The notes: generated from the sequence alone by a model not told the origin. 64,000 bases of DNA from an uncultured Gammaproteobacteria bacterium (GCA_964344965.1 CAYFPJ010000001.1:86771-150770); one strand, 5' to 3'. Positions 36,694-46,830 are shown, counted from the first letter of the stretch. Translations and numbers: made by a program.

Positions 36694-37779
36694 ATGAAAA
36701 CACCTTTTTTTAAACCTCTTTTGGCAGTAGCTATCCCATTTCTCATAGGTGCCGGCTGTATGTCACTTTCATCATCCAATGTGCCGACTACATCTGGGCC
36801 AGGAGGTATGTTTATCTCTACAAGCAAGGGTGAATCTTGGCAACAAATTTCAGCAAAACCCACCACACAAGGAGTGGAAAATATATCTAATGTCAGTGTT
36901 TATCGTCTTATCCCAGATCTGCAAGACAATAAGACACTCTACTGGCTAACGAGAACAAATGGATTGTTTTTTACATATGATGATGGCAAATCTTGGCAGC
37001 AAGCTCCAGCTCCGCTGAACAAAGGTTTTGTCTATAGTATTGCTATTCATCCAGAAGATGTCTGTACTGTATATGCTACAGACGGCAGTCATGTTTACAA
37101 AAGCATAGATTGTAATAGGACTTGGACAGAAGTGTATCGTGAATCCCGTACCAATGTTGGTATTAGAGCTTTGGCAGTCAATCCGTTCCCTCCTCATCAA
37201 GTTTTTTTGGCTGAGACCAATGGAGACTTACTCCAAAGTCACGATCTTGGGAAGAGCTGGTCTGTATCAAAAAGATTTGGTTCTCATATAGTCAGTATTG
37301 TCGGTGACCCAGCCCAAGAAGGTGTGATGTACTTGATCACCAAAACAAAGGGTCTGTATAGATCTGACGATGGGGCCGAGACTTGGAATTCTCTCTCAGA
37401 AGGATTGAATAAGTATTCTAAAGCAACAGAGTATAGGAATTTTTATATTCATCCAAATAAGTTAGATACCTTGTATTGGATTTCTACTTATGGTATTTTG
37501 ATCTCCGAAGATGGGGGTATAAATTGGAATCCTCTCAATCTCATTACTCCTCCAGGAAGTGCCCAGATTTATAGCTTTGCCATAAATCCTGAAAATGATA
37601 AAGAGATTTACTATACAGCAACCATCAACAATCGCTCTACTTTTTATCGAAGTATAGATGGTGGTAACAATTGGATCACTAGGAAAATGCCTTCTGGTCA
37701 GATTCCAACAATACTCAGAGTTCACCCAGACAGAGAAGATTTGCTTTATCTAGGGTTTACCATTCCTCCAAAACAATAA
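36694..37779 (+). CDS. secreted BNR/Asp-box repeat protein (Ycf48/sialidase-like beta-propeller)
   Basis: Signal peptide and repeated SxDxGxTW motifs (DDGKSWQQ, DLGKSWSV, DDGAETWN, EDGGINWN, DGGNNW). Confidence 0.7.
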   Translation: MKTPFFKPLLAVAIPFLIGAGCMSLSSSNVPTTSGPGGMFISTSKGESWQQISAKPTTQGVENISNVSVYRLIPDLQDNKTLYWLTRTNGLFFTYDDGKSWQQAPAPLNKGFVYSIAIHPEDVCTVYATDGSHVYKSIDCNRTWTEVYRESRTNVGIRALAVNPFPPHQVFLAETNGDLLQSHDLGKSWSVSKRFGSHIVSIVGDPAQEGVMYLITKTKGLYRSDDGAETWNSLSEGLNKYSKATEYRNFYIHPNKLDTLYWISTYGILISEDGGINWNPLNLITPPGSAQIYSFAINPENDKEIYYTATINNRSTFYRSIDGGNNWITRKMPSGQIPTILRVHPDREDLLYLGFTIPPKQ

Positions 37780-37812
37780 TTTTTAAAAATTTGTAATTTA
37801 CAATCTAAACTT

Positions 37813-38364
37813 ATGGATTTTATTACACAGTATAAAGAAAAGTTTGAAAAGACTATCGAATTTTTGAAATCAGAAATTTCATCTCTTAGGACTGGTCGGG
37901 CTACACCCGCGTTAGTTGAAGATCTAAATGTGGAGGCTTATGGATCCAAGCAACCCCTAAAAGCAATGGCCTCTATTTCTGTGGCTGATGCCAAAACTAT
38001 CAATGTTCAGCCATGGGACAAAAGCGTGCTCCAAGACATTGAGACTGCAATTCGTAATTCTGACCTTGGTCTGAATCCAGTTAACGATGGCACTTTGATT
38101 CGATTGATTTTACCTGATTTGACTACTGAACGTCGTGCTGAGCTTATCAAAGTTTTACACAACAAATTGGAGCAAGCCCGCATAGCTATTCGTAAGATTA
38201 GAGAAGAAGTACGGGATGAAATAAATAAGGGAGAAAAAGATAAAACAATCTCTGAAGATGAGAAGTATAATTACCAAGAAGAATTGGATAAAGCTGTCAA
38301 AGAATATAATGAAAAAGTGAAAGAGATTGGTGAGGATAAGGAGGAGGAGATTTTGAAAGTATAA
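37813..38364 (+). CDS. frr: ribosome recycling factor
   Basis: 183 aa with the RRF family signature. Confidence 0.9.
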   Translation: MDFITQYKEKFEKTIEFLKSEISSLRTGRATPALVEDLNVEAYGSKQPLKAMASISVADAKTINVQPWDKSVLQDIETAIRNSDLGLNPVNDGTLIRLILPDLTTERRAELIKVLHNKLEQARIAIRKIREEVRDEINKGEKDKTISEDEKYNYQEELDKAVKEYNEKVKEIGEDKEEEILKV

Positions 38365-38388
38365 AATTAACTATCCAGATTTACGGAT

Positions 38389-38826
38389 ATGAAAGTTGTA
38401 GTTCAACGTGTATCACAAGCAAGTGTGAAAGTAGATAACAAAACCATTGGTCAAATCGATCGTGGTTTTTTGGTCTTACTTGGAATTACACACAATGATA
38501 CAAAAGCGCAAGCCGAGAAATTGGCTGAAAAACTTGTTAAGCTTAGAGTATTTGAAGACTCTGAAGGTAAGATGAACAATGATATTGTCCAGGCTAGTGG
38601 AAGCATCTTAGTGGTCTCGCAGTTTACTCTCTATGGAGATTGTAAAAAAGGCAACCGACCAAGCTTTATCAAAGCCGCTAGGCCAGAAGTAGCTGAGCCA
38701 TTGTATCTGTATTTTGTGGATAAAATAAGAGAAAAAGGTTTGAAAGTAGAAACAGGAGAGTTTGGTGGGTACATGCAGGTAGAATTAGTTAATGATGGCC
38801 CTACAACCCTAATACTAGAAAACTAG
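38389..38826 (+). CDS. dtd: D-aminoacyl-tRNA deacylase
   Basis: MKVVVQRV...SQFTLYGD signature. Confidence 0.88.
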   Translation: MKVVVQRVSQASVKVDNKTIGQIDRGFLVLLGITHNDTKAQAEKLAEKLVKLRVFEDSEGKMNNDIVQASGSILVVSQFTLYGDCKKGNRPSFIKAARPEVAEPLYLYFVDKIREKGLKVETGEFGGYMQVELVNDGPTTLILEN

Positions 38827-39024
38827 GTAATTATTCTATCTCTACTATTGACAAATTGATCTATATATAGTACTCTATAGCCATCAAAAACAGTGTTGTA
38901 AAGCAAACATAGTCGAAGTTTGACCTACTCAACCAAGTTGAGGACTATGCTGGATTTTGATAAACCTGCTTACGCTCAAGGCGTACAAGTATGGCAGGTG
39001 AGTTATTCATTTGTTTTACAATTT

Positions 39025-39246
39025 ATGCAACAAGGTGTAATTGCCAGACTTACCGATAAGGGGTTTGGTTTCATTACTCGCGAAGGTGAAGAAAAAGATC
39101 TCTTTTTCCACATGAGCGAGCTTGTAGACGTAGAGTATAACGATCTTCGTGAAGGTGACAAAGTTCAATTCGAGGTTGCTGAAGGTCCAAAAGGTTTGAA
39201 CGCTATCAAGGTTAGCAGAGTTGCTGCTACTTCAGACGAAGCCTAA
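39025..39246 (+). CDS. cspA: cold-shock domain protein
   Basis: GFGFI and FFHMSEL RNP motifs. The ORF could extend to 38920, but that would add an atypical 35-aa N-terminus. Confidence 0.7.
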   Translation: MQQGVIARLTDKGFGFITREGEEKDLFFHMSELVDVEYNDLREGDKVQFEVAEGPKGLNAIKVSRVAATSDEA

Positions 39247-39265
39247 GCTTTATTACAAGTTCAAA

Positions 39266-39295
39266 AACACTCCAATAAAATTGGAGTGTTTTTTA
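39266..39295 (+). terminator. rho-independent terminator after csp
   Basis: aacactccaa taaaa ttggagtgtt hairpin followed by TTTTT. Confidence 0.7.
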
Positions 39296-39376
39296 GTTTA
39301 GTATGTTATGTCATGTAATTATTTTTTGGTATAATACATTATCATAGAACTCATACCAAGTTTTTCAAACCCACCA

Positions 39377-39454
39377 AAATATTAACTTATTTTTTAGCCC
39401 CAAAACTCGTCTTTGGGCTCACACAATTGTGTCTAAAAAATAAGTTAATATTTT
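39377..39454. repeat. 21-bp perfect inverted repeat (AAAATATTAACTTATTTTTTA / TAAAAAATAAGTTAATATTTT) enclosing two smaller hairpins
   Basis: Read directly; candidate small RNA, operator or MITE. Confidence 0.5.
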
Positions 39455-39515
39455 GTTCTACTTTGGTCAAAAATAGGTAAAACTTAATACCAGTTCACAA
39501 ATTAATTTCAATATC

Positions 39516-39893
39516 ATGGTTAAAAATTTTATTTTTGGCATCCAAGCTTTGGCAAGAGAAATTAGAATTTTTATATTACATATGTTTGGTAACACAACTA
39601 TATTGGGATTTTTTTTCGGCTTTTTTTTCACCTTACTTGTGTCTTCTCTTGTTATCACAAGAGATCCTAGGTCTATCCCACTTATTTTGCGTTATTCAGC
39701 GGCAGATGGTTTTACAAAATTTGTCAATAAAAAAAGTGGTGGAAGAGGAAAAAACGGAACTATCAATGTTTCATTTGTTAAGTTTTTAAAAATTTATTCT
39801 CAGATACGTATTTTATTTTTGATGGCTTTCATAATTTTTTGTGTGATGATTTTGACCATTGTCTTGATGGCAAATTCTTTTCAAATTGTTTAG
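39516..39893 (+). CDS. hypothetical small membrane protein
   Basis: 125-aa ORF with several hydrophobic stretches. Whether it is coding is uncertain. Confidence 0.25.
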   Translation: MVKNFIFGIQALAREIRIFILHMFGNTTILGFFFGFFFTLLVSSLVITRDPRSIPLILRYSAADGFTKFVNKKSGGRGKNGTINVSFVKFLKIYSQIRILFLMAFIIFCVMILTIVLMANSFQIV

Positions 39894-39903
39894 TATTTTT
39901 TCA

Positions 39904-39931
39904 CTTGACTTTTTTCATAATTTTGCTATAG
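39904..39931 (+). promoter_or_regulatory. putative promoter TTGACT-16-TATAGT
   Basis: ttgact at 39904-39909 and tatagt at 39926-39931. Confidence 0.45.
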
Positions 39932-39937
39932 TTTAGA

Positions 39938-40125
39938 TACCTTTGAAGAAGCAGGATGGAAACTGCGGAGAAGGTACAAATTTAAAGAGAGTCTCCCGAT
40001 TGAATCGGGGGAAACTTAGGTGGAACCGTCCTTAAAGATGCTAACATACTAATAGTACAAATGATACTAATGGTATACGAATATTATTGAGGACCCTGAG
40101 ACAGTGATAAACTGTCTTTTTTTAT
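39938..40125 (+). promoter_or_regulatory. candidate glycine T-box leader upstream of glyQS
   Basis: AAACTTAGGTGGAACCGTCC resembles the T-box consensus AAUUAGGGUGGNACCGCG with a UGGA bulge complementary to the UCCA 3' end of tRNA-Gly. There is an AGAGA element in a stem I-like region and a downstream hairpin gacagtgataaactgtc followed by T7. Confidence 0.35.
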
Positions 40126-40246
40126 TCTTTTTTAGTTGATATAATGTAGAAAAATCCTAAATCTAAAATCCGAAATCATAAATTATTTTTGTCTGTTTGG
40201 TAATTTTATTTATGATTTCAGATTTATGATTTATGATTAAATACAT

Positions 40247-41617
40247 ATGTTGAATTCTTTAGAAAAAATTGTCTCCTTTGCCAAGCAACGTGGTTTTATT
40301 TTCCAATCATCAGAAATCTACGGAGGTCTTTCATCTTGCTATGACTATGGGCCACTCGGGATGCTCCTCAAGGATAATATAAAAAAATCCTGGTGGCGTA
40401 CTATGGTCCAGACCAGAAATGAAGTGGAAGGTGTACAAACATCTATCCTTATGCATCCCAAAATTTGGGAGGCGAGTGGGCATGTTGGTGGTTTTTCTGA
40501 TCCATTGGTCGACTGTAAGGAATGCAAAAAAAGATTCCGAGCAGATCATCTCCTGGAGGCAAAGGGGATCAAGCCAGATTTTCGTCCAGGTGCATGGCTA
40601 GAGGCAAAGGTCGCTTGTCCAGAGTGTGGTGGTGAGCTGACAGATGTCAGACAATTCAATCTCATGTTTAAGACCCAGATGGGAGTGATTGAAGGAGAAG
40701 GGAATGACATTTATCTTCCCCCAGAGACAGCACAAGGCACATATGTCAATTTTTTGAATGTCCACAAATCAATGCGTAAAAAAATTCCATTTGGTATTGC
40801 GCAGATTGCCAAGGCTTTTCGTAATGAGATTACGCCAGGGCACTTCACTTTCCGAACTCGTGAGTTTGAGCAGATGGAACTCCAGTATTTTGTTCACCCA
40901 AACGATGCAGCAGATTGGTATGAAAAATGGAAAGCAATAAAGAAAGAATGGTACCTCTCTCTTGGTATGAGACAAGAGTCTATTAGATTTCGCGATCATG
41001 CTGAGAATGAGCTTGCCCATTATGCCAAAGCTGCTGTTGATATTGAATATGATTTTCCTGGCATGGGATTCCAAGAGCTCGGTGGTGTACACAATAGAGG
41101 AAACTGGGATCTGTCTCGACATCAGAAATTTAGTGGTCAGAATCATGAATATTTCGATCAAGTGACAGGAGAAAAATACATCCCACATATAGTAGAGAAC
41201 ACAGATGGAGCAGATCGAGCGACGCTTGTGTTTCTTCTCAATGCTTATGATGAAGTAGAGACCAGAAGTGGAGAAGAAGGAAAGCATGAAAAGGAAGTCG
41301 TCCTTCGATTGCACAAAGACCTGGCTCCAATCAAGATTGCAGTCTTACCATTGTCAAAGAAAGAACCATTGCAAAAGCTTTCACAAGAAATACAATCGTC
41401 ACTCTGGCACAGCCATCAAACTCAGTATGACGAGACGGGCAGCATCGGTAAGCGCTATCGTCGTCAGGATGAGATTGGTACACCGTATTGTGTGACAGTT
41501 GATTTTGATTCATTGGAAGATAAAAAGGTGACAGTAAGGGATCGGGATACGATGCAACAAGAAAGAATAGATATTATTGAATTGCACACTTACTTTGTTG
41601 AAAAGTTTGGGTGTTGA
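40247..41617 (+). CDS. glyQS: glycine--tRNA ligase (alpha2 dimeric GlyQS type)
   Basis: 456-aa class II aaRS whose N-terminus, MLNSLEKIVSFAKQRGFIFQSSEIYGG, is typical of GlyRS. Confidence 0.9.
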   Translation: MLNSLEKIVSFAKQRGFIFQSSEIYGGLSSCYDYGPLGMLLKDNIKKSWWRTMVQTRNEVEGVQTSILMHPKIWEASGHVGGFSDPLVDCKECKKRFRADHLLEAKGIKPDFRPGAWLEAKVACPECGGELTDVRQFNLMFKTQMGVIEGEGNDIYLPPETAQGTYVNFLNVHKSMRKKIPFGIAQIAKAFRNEITPGHFTFRTREFEQMELQYFVHPNDAADWYEKWKAIKKEWYLSLGMRQESIRFRDHAENELAHYAKAAVDIEYDFPGMGFQELGGVHNRGNWDLSRHQKFSGQNHEYFDQVTGEKYIPHIVENTDGADRATLVFLLNAYDEVETRSGEEGKHEKEVVLRLHKDLAPIKIAVLPLSKKEPLQKLSQEIQSSLWHSHQTQYDETGSIGKRYRRQDEIGTPYCVTVDFDSLEDKKVTVRDRDTMQQERIDIIELHTYFVEKFGC

Positions 41618-41764
41618 ATTTTTGATCGGTACTCCTTGGGTGGAGAGCAGGAGAGAGTGGAGATTGAAGAGTTGAAAAATTATTTTGTTGATAAGTTTTA
41701 TAATTCAAAGTAATTGAGTATTTTATTATAAATTTGAAATTTTTAACTTGAAATTTTATTAGCT

Positions 41765-43033
41765 ATGTTCGAACATTATAGTCTAAAAAACAACGCCAAC
41801 GTCTATCTCGTACCCCAAGCCGATGCCCAGTCAGTGACAGTCTTAGTAATGTACCCAGTCGGCTCACGTTACGAACCAAACAAAATGGCCGGAGTTTCAC
41901 ACTACATCGAGCATTTGATGTTCAAGGGTACTAAAAAAAGAAAAGATACACTTACTTTAACCCGTGAGATTGATAGACTCGGAGCACACTACAATGCTTT
42001 CACTGGCAAAGAATATACAGGTTACTATATTAAGACAGATAAAAAGTATTCTGAAATTTCTATCGACATCCTTTCCGATATGCTCCACGGGTCAAAGTTC
42101 GACCCCAAAGAAATGGAGCGGGAAAAAGGGCCAATCGTGGAAGAGATTCGCATGTATAAAGATAATCCAATGATGAATATTGATAATATTTTTGAGGATC
42201 TTATGTTTGCTGGTTGTCCACTGGGTCGGGATATTGCTGGAACAGAAAATCATGTCAGGAGTTACAAACGTCCAGATGTGTTGAAGTTTCGAGACAGATA
42301 CTATGATCCAAGTAATATGCATATCGTGGTCGCTGGAGCTGTGAATGAGGAGACAAGTAAATATATTGAAAAATATTTTGGCTCAGTAAAATCTAAGCGA
42401 GCACTTGGAGCTAGCGCCAAAAAGTTCAAGCCATTTTGTTTTGGTTCTACTGCCAAGAAAGATCGTATTTTTGTAGAAAAAAAAGATACTGATCAGGCTC
42501 AGATGATGCTCGGATTTCCAGCTTTCAAATATGGTGATAAGCGTAATATTGCTCTATCAGTACTGAACAATGTACTTGGCGGATCTATGAGTTCTAGATT
42601 ATTTATCCAGATTCGTGAACGACGTGGTCTTGCGTATCATGTTCGCAGTGGGGTAGAGAATTTTCGAGACACAGGATATAGTTATGTGCGGGCAGGACTG
42701 GAAGCCAAAAATATCAACAAGGCAATAGCTGTCATCAAAAAGGAAATTGAAAAAATTGTTGCCAAAGGTGTCACAAAAAGAGAGTTAGCTGATGCCAAAT
42801 CCAACATTCGTGGGAGTTTGACCCTATCTATGGAAAATTCAAGCACCCAGGCCAATTGGTATGCTAGCCAAGCTCTCTTTGCCAGTAAGATCAAGTCGCC
42901 GGAAGAAAAATTGGCCAGAATCGACAAGGTCACTAATGAAGATGTAATGAAAGTGGCAAACCAAGTTTTCAAATGGAATAAAATGAGAGTAGCGATTATT
43001 GGGGATGTAGATAAAGGAAGTATCAAGTTTTAG
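41765..43033 (+). CDS. M16 family zinc peptidase (insulinase-like)
   Basis: HYIEHLMFKGT inverted zinc-binding motif (HxxEH). Confidence 0.8.
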   Translation: MFEHYSLKNNANVYLVPQADAQSVTVLVMYPVGSRYEPNKMAGVSHYIEHLMFKGTKKRKDTLTLTREIDRLGAHYNAFTGKEYTGYYIKTDKKYSEISIDILSDMLHGSKFDPKEMEREKGPIVEEIRMYKDNPMMNIDNIFEDLMFAGCPLGRDIAGTENHVRSYKRPDVLKFRDRYYDPSNMHIVVAGAVNEETSKYIEKYFGSVKSKRALGASAKKFKPFCFGSTAKKDRIFVEKKDTDQAQMMLGFPAFKYGDKRNIALSVLNNVLGGSMSSRLFIQIRERRGLAYHVRSGVENFRDTGYSYVRAGLEAKNINKAIAVIKKEIEKIVAKGVTKRELADAKSNIRGSLTLSMENSSTQANWYASQALFASKIKSPEEKLARIDKVTNEDVMKVANQVFKWNKMRVAIIGDVDKGSIKF

Positions 43034-43051
43034 ATATTTATTTATAATCTT

Positions 43052-43297
43052 ATGTCAGAAAGAGACAGAAGAAGGAGAGGTAGAAGAAGGACTGGTGACC
43101 AGCCCGCATCTCCTGAACAATCAGTAGTGGAAAGACAAGAGTCTTGGTTTGATGCATTTGAAAAAAAACACAAAGAAAATATCAGACAAGCAATACTTGA
43201 AAAATACGATGTGTTTGAAGAATTTGAAAATGTGACCCCCGTTGAATCTTTAAGCGGTTTTATTCCTCGATGCTTGCATCGAAAAAGTGAAAACTAA
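43052..43297 (+). CDS. hypothetical small Arg-rich protein
   Basis: 81-aa ORF; its last 50 nt fall inside the 145-bp direct repeat. Confidence 0.3.
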   Translation: MSERDRRRRGRRRTGDQPASPEQSVVERQESWFDAFEKKHKENIRQAILEKYDVFEEFENVTPVESLSGFIPRCLHRKSEN

Positions 43298-43389
43298 CAT
43301 TGGTTGAAATAAGATTTTCTGCCAATACCCCGCAGCTTGCTGCGGGGATGGCCCGATGAAGTCTTACTTAAACCAAATTTACTTTTATT
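43245..43389 (+). repeat. 145-bp direct repeat, copy 1 (identical to 47019-47163)
   Basis: Base-by-base comparison shows identity across all 145 nt. It contains the hairpin CCCCGCAGC ttgc TGCGGGG. Confidence 0.85.
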
Positions 43390-45005
43390 TTCAAGGGGAT
43401 ATAAAAGGTCGGGTGGTTGATATTATTCTGGAGAGAGAATTAGCTTTCTGTCGTCATTTGTTTGATAGACTGGAAGACATAAATAATAGACTAAGAACTA
43501 GTCAAGAGGATTTGTCGCCAGATGATTCTGATTCACATCTGGTATTACAATTCAATACTTCCATGCTCTATGATGTAGATGAAACTTTGTATACGAAATG
43601 TTTCTCAAAAGGTGTTATTCGTCCTAGTGCCAGAATTATTTTGCAATCTCTTCACGAAGATTATGGTGTTATTAATGGTATTGTTACTACTAGAAATGAT
43701 GATGTAGTAAGAAGGCAGTTGGCAGGAGAATATAGAGAAAACAATATAGATGATATATCAGAATATATAGATAATCAATATGTGTATGGTATGCCAGGCA
43801 CTGTTTCATTTGATCTTAGCGGGCTTCGTATAGATACACTATTGGGCCAATATGACATAGAATCTCCGAGATTGGGTGTATTTTTACCAGGGACTAGATA
43901 TATTTCTCCAGAAGATGCGTGGAGAGAATCTGTTGAAGCAGTAGAGGGTGTAAGTATAGAAGGATTAGAAGAATTATTGTCCAGTCAAAGTGGACTGGAT
44001 ATGTATACCAAGTCTTTGAAAAGAGGTTTTTATGGAAAATTATTTAGAGAAAATCCCGACATGCCAATGCTAGATGATTTAGAAGAGAGATATTTGAAAT
44101 ATCTGGAAGAACAGGCACGGCACCTTCAACGTTATTTGGACGAACAAAAGGCAGAAATAGACGAAGCAGATATTGGTGAAAAATGGGATAAATTATTTCA
44201 ATTTTTTCAGTATGATAATACCATATTCACCGATGACGGCAGGGATCCTGTGTTGCCAGATTTCCTAGATGCAGAAAAATTGGGGATTCTCCGTGAATTG
44301 TTTTTAGTTTTTGGTAAGGAAGATAAAGAGCTTGTGGATTATTTTGACAGTCCAGAATTAGCTCAGGAGTTTTGGGAAACAATAGGTAAGAGACTATATA
44401 ATTATCTCCTTACTAATTATGCAGAATTCAATTTTGGAGGATCTCTTGCGCAACCAGAAAAAGTTCTAGAAGATATTAAAGATAAAATAAAGGCACGTGC
44501 CAACAAATTTTCAGAATCTGACTTTTTTGTTAAATTGGACATGATGGGTAGAATAATTGATAGAGAGGAATGGAGTCATGAGATGATAAAAGTGATAACT
44601 TCTCATCGCAAAATTGTAAAAAAATACGAGGACAATAATGTCGAAGCATACAGAGATTTGTTTGTTGGTTTGTCTAAACTATTTGGGATAAATATAAAAA
44701 AAAGAAAAAATGAAATAAATTTATCTATTGTTTTTTGGAAGCTTATCCAGGCAAAAAATGCTATTGATAACAGTGGAGATGACAATGTGGTGGTATCTAT
44801 TGCTATAGATAATGAAGAGTTGGCCGAAAAATTTTATGAGTTACTTAGCGGGAAAATAGAAGATGAAGATGGTGTGGTTGATGGCTATGCGATGTTTGGT
44901 CTAGATGATCCTAAGTATCGGGATAAGGTTTATTTGATTTCGTGTGGAAAACGAGGAGTATTTTCTGAAAAGGAAATTAAAAAGGAATTGCAACAAGCTG
45001 CCTAA
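43356..45005 (+). CDS. hypothetical 549-aa protein with N-terminal HAD-like DxDxT motif
   Basis: MLYDVDETLYT matches HAD motif I and GIVTTRN resembles motif II; the long C-terminal region is unassigned. The first 11 codons lie inside the direct repeat. Confidence 0.5.
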   Translation: MKSYLNQIYFYFQGDIKGRVVDIILERELAFCRHLFDRLEDINNRLRTSQEDLSPDDSDSHLVLQFNTSMLYDVDETLYTKCFSKGVIRPSARIILQSLHEDYGVINGIVTTRNDDVVRRQLAGEYRENNIDDISEYIDNQYVYGMPGTVSFDLSGLRIDTLLGQYDIESPRLGVFLPGTRYISPEDAWRESVEAVEGVSIEGLEELLSSQSGLDMYTKSLKRGFYGKLFRENPDMPMLDDLEERYLKYLEEQARHLQRYLDEQKAEIDEADIGEKWDKLFQFFQYDNTIFTDDGRDPVLPDFLDAEKLGILRELFLVFGKEDKELVDYFDSPELAQEFWETIGKRLYNYLLTNYAEFNFGGSLAQPEKVLEDIKDKIKARANKFSESDFFVKLDMMGRIIDREEWSHEMIKVITSHRKIVKKYEDNNVEAYRDLFVGLSKLFGINIKKRKNEINLSIVFWKLIQAKNAIDNSGDDNVVVSIAIDNEELAEKFYELLSGKIEDEDGVVDGYAMFGLDDPKYRDKVYLISCGKRGVFSEKEIKKELQQAA

Positions 45006-45032
45006 ATTTTGTTTATATAAAAATTAATCACT

Positions 45033-45776
45033 ATGAAACACATCTTCGCCAACTGGAAAATGTATCTCAATTTTGATGAGACCATGATCCTCACCAACCA
45101 ACTATTGGCAGAAAATTTTGATACAGAAAAAATTAATTTAGCAGTTTTTCCCAATGCCCTTGCGACAAGCGAAGTGCTCAAGGCGACACAAGATAGTTCA
45201 ATTAGTGTAGGTGCTCAGACTGCCAACTGGACACCACGAGGGGCCTATACTGGAGCTATTTCTGCTGATTTTTATAGCAGCCTTGGGTGCCAGTATGCTC
45301 TAGTTGGTCACTCAGAGAGACGCTATATTTTTGGAGAGACTTATGAAGATGTGAGGAAGAAGTTAGAAGCAATCATTGACGCAAAGCTAACTCCAGTCTT
45401 ATGCATTGGAGATACAAAAGGAGATCAAGATGATGGTAAGGCAGAATATAGGCTGAAAAAACAACTGATGAAAGCATTAGAGAATTTGGAACTTGATGGT
45501 AGCGAGTTGATTATTGCCTATGAGCCAGTTTGGGCTATTGGCAGCGGAGAGCCCTGCATGCCAGAAGACGCAAACAAAATGGCAAACATTATAAAAATGG
45601 AAACAAAACAATACATTGATAAAGAAATTTCCATTCTTTATGGTGGTAGTGTAAAGGCAGAAAATGTGCTATCATATTTGTCACAAGACAACATTTCTGG
45701 TGTGTTGGTGGGAGGAGCATCTGCCAAATTTGAGACCTTAATGCCTATTATTCGTGAAATAGAAAATATTTCTTAA
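45033..45776 (+). CDS. tpiA: triosephosphate isomerase
   Basis: ANWKMY, GHSERR and AYEPVWAIGSG motifs are all present. Confidence 0.92.
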   Translation: MKHIFANWKMYLNFDETMILTNQLLAENFDTEKINLAVFPNALATSEVLKATQDSSISVGAQTANWTPRGAYTGAISADFYSSLGCQYALVGHSERRYIFGETYEDVRKKLEAIIDAKLTPVLCIGDTKGDQDDGKAEYRLKKQLMKALENLELDGSELIIAYEPVWAIGSGEPCMPEDANKMANIIKMETKQYIDKEISILYGGSVKAENVLSYLSQDNISGVLVGGASAKFETLMPIIREIENIS

Positions 45777-45827
45777 CTCCGGGTTGGTCTAAATACATAA
45801 TTTATTTTTTGTTGTTCAAGTCAGATT

Positions 45828-46715
45828 ATGCTAGATATAATCCCATTTATTCTCATTATTTTATCTTTATCTTCTATCGTGATTCTTATTGTACGCAAAT
45901 TCCCTCAGTTAAGCATACTAGATGTTGACACCATACCAGAAGCAAAAGAAGAAAGGAAGAAAGACGAGATTATAATGAATCGAGTAAAGAAAAAGACAAA
46001 AGAAAAAGACAGTCTCTGGAGGCAGCGCACCTTGCCCCTGGTAAAGAAATGGGGAGATGTCCAGCTTTCATTTCGTAAGTATGTTGGTAAAATAAAAAGA
46101 GATGTAATGGAAGAAGAACAGAATAAAATTGTCAGCAACTCTTCTAGTTATTCAGGGTTTGATATCCGCAATTTACTGACTGAGGCCAAAAGTGCTGCTG
46201 AACAAAATGAATGGGAAGATGCAGAAAAGGTATATATTGCTCTTATCAAGCGTGACACAAAGAATAAAGAAGCGTATAAAGGTCTGGCTGATGTTTACTT
46301 TTCTCAAGGGCAGCTCGATGAAGCCAAAGAGACCTACAAATTTTTACTACAATTTGACTCAAAAAATGAAGCGGTATTTACAAAGCTGGCTGAAATAAGC
46401 GAAGAGCAAAACAATCTAGAAGATGCTGTCATGTACTATCAGCAAGCAGTATTAATCAAAGATAATGTCCCTGATATTTTTGTAAAAATATATGAATTAC
46501 TGCTGAGACTTAATCAGGGTGATAGTGCTCTAGAGGCAATCAGGCAAGCCGTAGAATTATCACCAAACAACCCCAAGTATCTTGACAAATTAATAGAAGC
46601 TAGTATAATGGTCGGGAATAAGAAATTGGCAGAAGAAGGATATCAGCAATTACGGATGACAGACCCAGAGAATAGGAGATTGGGAGTCTTGAAGGATAAG
46701 ATAGACAGGTTATAA
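45828..46715 (+). CDS. TPR-repeat protein with N-terminal TM anchor
   Basis: An N-terminal hydrophobic segment followed by several 34-aa TPR-like repeats. Confidence 0.6.
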   Translation: MLDIIPFILIILSLSSIVILIVRKFPQLSILDVDTIPEAKEERKKDEIIMNRVKKKTKEKDSLWRQRTLPLVKKWGDVQLSFRKYVGKIKRDVMEEEQNKIVSNSSSYSGFDIRNLLTEAKSAAEQNEWEDAEKVYIALIKRDTKNKEAYKGLADVYFSQGQLDEAKETYKFLLQFDSKNEAVFTKLAEISEEQNNLEDAVMYYQQAVLIKDNVPDIFVKIYELLLRLNQGDSALEAIRQAVELSPNNPKYLDKLIEASIMVGNKKLAEEGYQQLRMTDPENRRLGVLKDKIDRL

Positions 46716-46809
46716 CAATTGACCTTTGACAATTAACAATTAACTTTTTTGAAAAAGCTACATGACAATTAGTCAATTGTCAAAAGTTAAATGTTAATTG
46801 TAGCATTAT

Positions 46810-46830
46810 GCCAACTTAGATCAGCTGGTC
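46810..46830 (+). pseudogene. duplicated 5' fragment of tRNA-Thr (GCCAACTTAGATCAGCTGGT) followed by the GC hairpin CCGCCTACGCTGAAGCTTCGGCGG
   Basis: Matches the first 21 nt of the tRNA at 46900 with one mismatch; there is no T-arm. Confidence 0.6.

Noticed and set aside
40769-41314. 181-aa minus-strand ORF inside glyQS
   Set aside because: Antisense to a confidently called aminoacyl-tRNA synthetase gene; hydrophobic low-complexity product.
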